Shown: positions 58,448-64,000 of the stretch, in pieces
Position numbering within the stretch: the first letter of the stretch is position 1
Layout: every line of letters starts with the position of its first letter
Source of the DNA: Saccostrea echinata
Taxonomy: Eukaryota
Length of the DNA stretch: 64,000 nucleotides
NCBI RefSeq assembly: GCF_033153115.1
Contig: NW_026889830.1
Coordinates: forward strand, 2,294,001 to 2,358,000
Reading direction: 5' to 3'
Program-made: the position numbers and the translations under genes
The notes under the pieces: model-generated
The model's input: only the letters and a program-made list of their open reading frames with translations
What the model was told of the DNA's origin: nothing
The model's database searches: none

Positions 58448-58822
58448 CGTGATATCACCTATACGAATAGGTGATACACATGTACCACTCTTTCATATTG
58501 AATAGGTGACATCACTTATTCGAATTAATTTTTGAGTTAGTGATATAACCTATTCGAAATAAATAGGGGATGTTACCTATTCGAAAAGACACTACCACCT
58601 ATTCGATTTGAATTAGTAATATCACCTATTTGAATAAGCAATCTGATTAAAAATCGGATCTTTGTTACGCTCCGAAATTCTGATGGTCGCTGTACAAATC
58701 CATCAGAGTTCGGAGCGTAACAAAGGTCTGATTTTAATCAGATAGTTGAATAAGTGATATCTCTTATTCGAATTGGTGAAATAACCTTTTCGTTTTGAAT
58801 TGGTGATATCACTTATTCGAAT
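58448..58822. repeat. Short-period array of GATATCACCTATTCGAA / TTCGAATAGGTGAT units
   Basis: About ten degenerate copies in alternating orientation. Confidence 0.75.
58639..58745. mobile_element. 107-bp palindromic mini-transposon with a perfect 9-bp TSD
   Basis: TTGAATAAG on both sides (58630-58638 and 58746-58754); ~47-bp arms around a 13-nt loop. Confidence 0.85.
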
Positions 58823-59489
58823 TTAAAAGGCTTTCTAAGAACAAGTTTATTTTCTTAGCACTGATTCAAAATCAAGATCTTGATTTCGTTACTTTTAAAC
58901 AAAGTTTTTAAAATAAAGATGATAAAAGATTCTCTGGAGTTGTTAAACTTAATAATGAGCCACATCCTCTACTATTTCTGATTAGAAAGCAGAAGGATAA
59001 CAATTATTTTTTATATACATGTATTACAAAGAAATGCAAAAAAACAGATATTCGAGGAATATATATCGTCTGATCTTAAATGGAAAAAGAGTATACTATG
59101 ATCTTTGTCTGTAGACTTCTCTAAATTTCGAGGGAAATTGTGTGTTGGGTGCGATGTCATCCCCTAGCTCTCCCATTTAAAACACACGAGAACTTATTTC
59201 TGAAACAATTCATTTTTTTTAAACAGAGACAATACATGCAAAAATAATTGTTAATTATTTATGTTTCTGGTTTAAAGTAATGCCGCTAGATATAGTTTAT
59301 TTAATATTTGAAAGGTATGACTTCACCAGACCCACCAAAATGGTACTCGTGCCCATTTTGGGGACAATCATTTGATTCTGAAAGGAGGGCTGACAGATTT
59401 CACAAATAAATAATCTGTCGTCAAAAATGTTGAGAATAAAGAATCTGTCTTCCTCTGATAAGAAAATAAATATTCTGTCCTGCGAGGAA

Positions 59490-60011
59490 ATGGAAATTGA
59501 AATATAAGATACCACAGAGTCTGACACATCTGTTTCATATTTGGATGTTTTACTTGAAAAAGAATATAATGGTTACCTAACAACAACGCTTCATGATAAA
59601 AGTGATGACTTCAATTTTACCATCGTCAACTTCCCTTACTTATGTAGCAAGATACCCTTATCACCTTCATATGGGGGTTTTGTCTCGCAGTTGATTCGAT
59701 ACGCAAGAACATGCTCTACGTATGAACAATTTCTAAAACGAGGCAAGTTATTGACAAACAATTTGATGAAACAAAGATATCAACAGTTTCGTTTGTGAAG
59801 TCATCATTTCGCAAGTTTAACGGTCGATACAATAACCTATCATTAAGTCAAATGCTGACAGATCCTTTTATACTAATTGTTAGGCCATTATTTACACACT
59901 GAATTGTCTACGGATTTTTCCGTTTTTCCAGATGATGACAAGGAGCACACGGCGGGTGTGACCGGTCGGCAGGGGATGCTCACTCCTTCGTGCCACCTGA
60001 TCCCACCTCTG
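59490..60011 (+). mobile_element. 3' fragment of the same Naiad-like Penelope family, including its 3' non-coding motif
   Basis: DTTESDTSVSYLDVLL...LHDKSDDFNFTIVNFPYLCSKIP...SQLIRYARTCS; visibly colinear with the reverse complement of 9290-9790. Confidence 0.85.
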
Positions 60012-60048
60012 AAGTCCATGTTGCTCTGCTCCCGATTTATATTGTTTA

Positions 60049-60261
60049 CAAAGGCAGATCCAGCGCCGGCGTTTTTATTATCCTAAAATCAAGGGGAAAC
60101 ACCTCTGATTTGTTAGAATTCGTCAGTTTCAGCGGGCTTCGCCCCCGGACTCCAACTAGGGCTTTGCCCTGGACCCGCTGGGGGCTTCAATGCAGCCCCC
60201 AGACCCCTTGCCTTCTACTGCAGCCCCTCCCCCCGTTATGAAATTCCTGGATCTGCCTCTG
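60049..60261. mobile_element. hAT-like MITE
   Basis: CAAAGGCAGATCCAG ... CTGGATCTGCCTCTG; GTTTA on both flanks (an 8-bp TSD is not evident). Confidence 0.65.
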
Positions 60262-61937
60262 GTTTAAATGTACTTTTAGCTTGTATACTGTTCGTTATCT
60301 CCATATTTCATTTTATCTCATTCCCCCCTTTTTTTAACAATAAGTTTGATCAAAACAAAATCTGCACAATCTATTTATTGCCAATGATTTGTCTGGCATT
60401 GGAACCGAGTGGCGGATCTAAAATTTACGAAAGCGTATTAGTGCCAAGTAATATGTGTTTTTGTTTTTTTAAGTTGGAATTTCCAACTTACAGTTGGCTT
60501 TTCCGACTTAAAGTTGACTTTTCAAACATTGAAGTTGGCTTTTCTAACTTAAAAGTTGATAATTCTAACTTCAATCTTGGTTTTTCCAACTTTAATCTTC
60601 TTTTTTTCCAACTTTTCCTCAGCGGGAGTGACCGATCGACAGGGGATGCTTACTCCTCCATGGCACCTGATCCCACCCCTACTTATACTTTATATGATAT
60701 AAATGGACTTTTAATAGTGATTCTGTTCGAATTATCTTAAATTCACATTTCATCAACAATATTTATATAAACACAGTTACCAATTTTCAGCTCACAACTT
60801 AATTGGAATATTAAGATCAGATGATACCCTAGTTAGATTAATCTAACTGTGTCTCGGGACAAGCCCTCACCACAGTTAGAATACGTCCCATATACTTGCA
60901 ATGTAGCAAATCGGAGTGGATCCACTCCAAAATGATTTTGAATTTAATACAAAAGGAAATTACCAAATTAATCATAACAAACCTTTTTGAGATGGTATAT
61001 GTGATAATGTCTTTTAACCTAAAAAATAATCCATATAAATACGAAAACTCAACTCATTTTCTTAACGTTTTTTCCTCGCTTCAAATTTAACGCCATGTTG
61101 ACATTCGGAACTGTCCGGATTGTTCATAGAAAATGCACAGAGTACGAGTTATCGCCCGTGTTTATTTTGCAACATTGCCAATACACGGAACGAATTCTAT
61201 CGTTAAACCGGGTCTGTAGGACAATATCATTTTAACGATAGAACGTTCTATCTAGTGATACCCAAAAGCCAGGGTTATTATCCTAGGTTCTCAGGCCTGT
61301 AGAAACGCGGGGGGGGGGGGCTTTTTCAGAAGTATAGTTTTTGCTATAATAAAGTTTTCTTTAGATGCTGCCCCCCCCCCCCCACTTATTGATGTTGTTA
61401 GGTTGAGCACAGACAAATTCCAGAATTTGGTCAATAGTTTAGTTTTTTCTTGTCAGATAATTTTTAGACCCCCCCCCCCACTTTTGGTCAGTGTATTTTT
61501 TTTCTTTTCTTTTTTTGCTTGTCAATTTTTTTTGTTGCCCCCCCCCCCCCACTTTTGAAACCTAGCTTGTATTTCGTTGTTTTTACATTCAAATTGAGTT
61601 GTTACATAGCATTATATAAGGAGTAAATTTGCATTTATGTAGAATTTCATGTTTTTCATGCTCAATATAGATATAAAGAAAATATTTTGGAGAATGCAAA
61701 ATAAGACTGGTTTGCTTAAAAAAAAATCGTGAGAAATATGTGCTTTAGCAATATTAAAATCTGTACTAACTGTTTTCTATCAAAAAAACTTATTCATATC
61801 ACATTTTTTTAGCATTCCATGTTCTTATCATCACTCTATATAATTATGTTTTCTTCCAAATAAGATGTACCGCACTGATCACCATACTTATTATTTGATC
61901 TCGCCGTATCTCGTTGTTATTATTGACTTTTAGCGGA

Positions 61938-61949
61938 TGTCACGTGACA
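61938..61949. promoter_or_regulatory. Palindromic E-box/CLEAR-type site TGTCACGTGACA in the putative promoter of gene 4
   Basis: Perfect 12-bp palindrome in a CpG-richer patch, ~85 nt before a GTATGT donor at 62033. Confidence 0.55.
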
Positions 61950-63202
61950 GGTGCGAGATTTTCGAGTTGACAACTGCAAGTTCCATGCCGATAGATGGAT
62001 GAGAAGTCGCAGGGATTTTTCTGATTTTTGATGTATGTAGAGTTGTTCGATGAGTGGTTTGAAAGAAATTAAACAGAATTTTTACAAATGTGATACCGTG
62101 CAGGAAATATATTTGGTGATACCAATGTTAGTTTCAGTATACATTGTCAAAGAAAGAAAAAGAAACATGATGTTGCACTTTACTATACTACGTAGTTTCC
62201 TATGAATGTTCTTGAAGAAATTTATTTTGGACAGTAAGAACACTAAGGCGATTTTGACTCTTTATGAAAAGAATCATAAAACGAAAATTCCGTGCATCGT
62301 GTAAATACAGTTTTGTGTGCTTGCAAAACGGTAAATAGCAATATGCATGAAGATGTATGGGCAGAATTTACATTGTTATTAGAAACAGGTCTCAGCAGAA
62401 AATAAGTTTAGCTAAGTGTATATGTAAAGAAGAAATGATTGATAATTAATTTAAGGTCTCTTAGCTGGAGTTCTGTAGCTTAACTGTCAGAAATTTGTGT
62501 CATGAATGATCAGAAAGTTTCATTGCCACCTTCGCATAAAGTTTAATTTAGACACATGAGTGTGTTCAGTTTGAAACTGTCACAAGCATACCTAGAGATG
62601 TATTGGCATACATATATATACTTTATATGCATTGATGATGTTTAGTAAGTACATGTAGTAACATTAAGTGTGGATGCATGACACTACCACGGCTGTGTTC
62701 TCCTTTTTAAAGCTTAAATCATTATAGCATTCAGACTTTCAAAAAAAAAAAAAGAATCATGCAGCTTACACCTCAATTTTGAGTAGCCAGTCAGTTCAGT
62801 ATCATTTTTAACATCGGTCTAATGCATGCATGGTAAGTAAGTCTTCATGTGTTTTAGTAGTTTTAAAGTTTTGAGCAGTTTTTCTTCATTGACTGATAAA
62901 TCAGAAGTTGGGAAAAATGAGTCAGTTAACGTAAACATAAAGTCACTTTTAAGTATTGAATAAGACTGATTATGGAATGATTTTAGCCATTGGTGGGCCA
63001 CACAATGATATTTATAGATATCCAACTTGTACATGTGAATTTCCAGCTATTATATTGTCTTTCTCAGTACCTGTGGTCAGATGATATCAGGGACATTGGT
63101 ATATTTGTCTCTGATGATATGTAACAATTGATGAATCAATATTTCATTCTAATTATTTTTTTTTCATTCATGTAATACAGAAAGTCCATGGGGATTTAAT
63201 CA

Positions 63203-64000
63203 ATGGCTGAATCACAATCCAGAAAAGACCAGCACACAACATCTGATGGCATCCACTTCATGGATAGAAGCAGAAGACCAATGGGAGATGACCTGAATAA
63301 TACAAGTCCCATGTACAGCACCTGGACCCAATTCAGCGGTATGCCAACACAAACCATGACAGACACTACAGCACCTCAGATCCATTGGGATACATTTAGT
63401 CCCTCAAGCAGTCCTTCTTTTGATCCAGTTTATACTAACCTGGATCCAAATGCAGAGTATCTCAGCCAAATTTTGACCAACATCAGGAACAACCCCAGTG
63501 GAATTGAGACAGACCCCCGGTTGGCTGATCATAGTTTACATGGGAGTTCAAGCTTTCATGAGGCAGGTTTGGAAGGACAGTCCATGTATGCTGAAACCCT
63601 GAATAGCTGGAATAATGTGAACAACTATGATCCTTTTGGAACAGGCGATGTGTTGAAAACCTCTCAAGAAACTGCTGAAAATGCTCAGATTAGATCCAAA
63701 CCCTCGTACTCAGATATTGCTAAGTCTCTCAAATCTAAACCAATTCAGAGCAAAGAGAAGGAGGAAGTTGACACTTCAAAGAAGAAAAGCACTGAGGCTC
63801 CTGTTGGAAAGCATTACAAAGGGTTTGGTCGTAGAGGTTCCCATTTACAGAAACAACATTCTAAGGGACATTCTACTGTAGCTGATGACATGGAATCCAA
63901 AGTGAAACCAAATTCTAAATATGGTTTGGACAATTTTGATGATGTAGGTAATAATGAGGCAGGTAATCTCAAAAGTGAAAGTCTTGAGAGCATTCCTGTG
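63203..64000 (+). CDS. Gene 4: first coding exon, disordered N-terminus (MAESQSRKDQH...KPSYSDIAK...KYGLDNFDD...), runs off the window
   Basis: Acceptor tacAG at 63180, then 266 stop-free codons from ATG 63203 to the end. It is absent from the ORF track, probably because it has no stop in the window. Family not recognised. Confidence 0.85.
   Translation, partial: MAESQSRKDQHTTSDGIHFMDRSRRPMGDDLNNTSPMYSTWTQFSGMPTQTMTDTTAPQIHWDTFSPSSSPSFDPVYTNLDPNAEYLSQILTNIRNNPSGIETDPRLADHSLHGSSSFHEAGLEGQSMYAETLNSWNNVNNYDPFGTGDVLKTSQETAENAQIRSKPSYSDIAKSLKSKPIQSKEKEEVDTSKKKSTEAPVGKHYKGFGRRGSHLQKQHSKGHSTVADDMESKVKPNSKYGLDNFDDVGNNEAGNLKSESLESIPV

Noticed and set aside
59950-60011. Assignment of the 3' motif to twister, HDV-like or hammerhead classes
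   Set aside because: Only partial resemblance (GGAG..UAA/UGA..CCGGUCAC on the reverse strand; a UCCUCC-like loop). I could not thread the required pseudoknots by eye.
63203-64000. Naming gene 4 (e.g. DNAJC14-like)
   Set aside because: Only a disordered N-terminus is in the window; no diagnostic domain is visible.

Overview
AT-rich, intron-rich eukaryotic DNA, most likely from a bivalve. The repeat landscape (Cg170-like satellite units carried by Helentron-type elements, Naiad-like Penelope RT) points to an oyster; this is inference. Genes were reconstructed by hand from GT/AG signals and reading-frame phase. (1) The last three coding exons of a large Ser/Lys/Glu-rich disordered protein (+, 2950-6370). 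(2) A complete 32-exon, ~1165-aa gene (+, 11485-51651) with N-terminal SDS22-like LRRs, an LRRcap and a tail rich in RPxS/T motifs; it has a forkhead/RFX-like promoter and is a candidate uncharacterised ciliary protein. (3) An intronless 441-aa ankyrin-repeat gene nested antisense (34310-35635) in the 14-kb intron 23 of that gene. (4) The start of a fourth gene (+, ATG 63203, open to the window end) with an E-box/CLEAR palindrome and a uORF-rich leader. Mobile DNA includes several Helentron-associated (HINE-like) families, TTAA- and TA-targeting MITEs, two tiny hairpin elements with 9-bp TSDs, a ~350-bp LTR element whose LTRs contain a tRNA-like sequence (Ajax-like TRIM), and decayed Naiad-like Penelope RT copies whose 3' end carries a recurrent structured non-hammerhead motif. 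No CRISPR array, rRNA or intact tRNA gene was seen. There is one 141-N gap (58195-58335).
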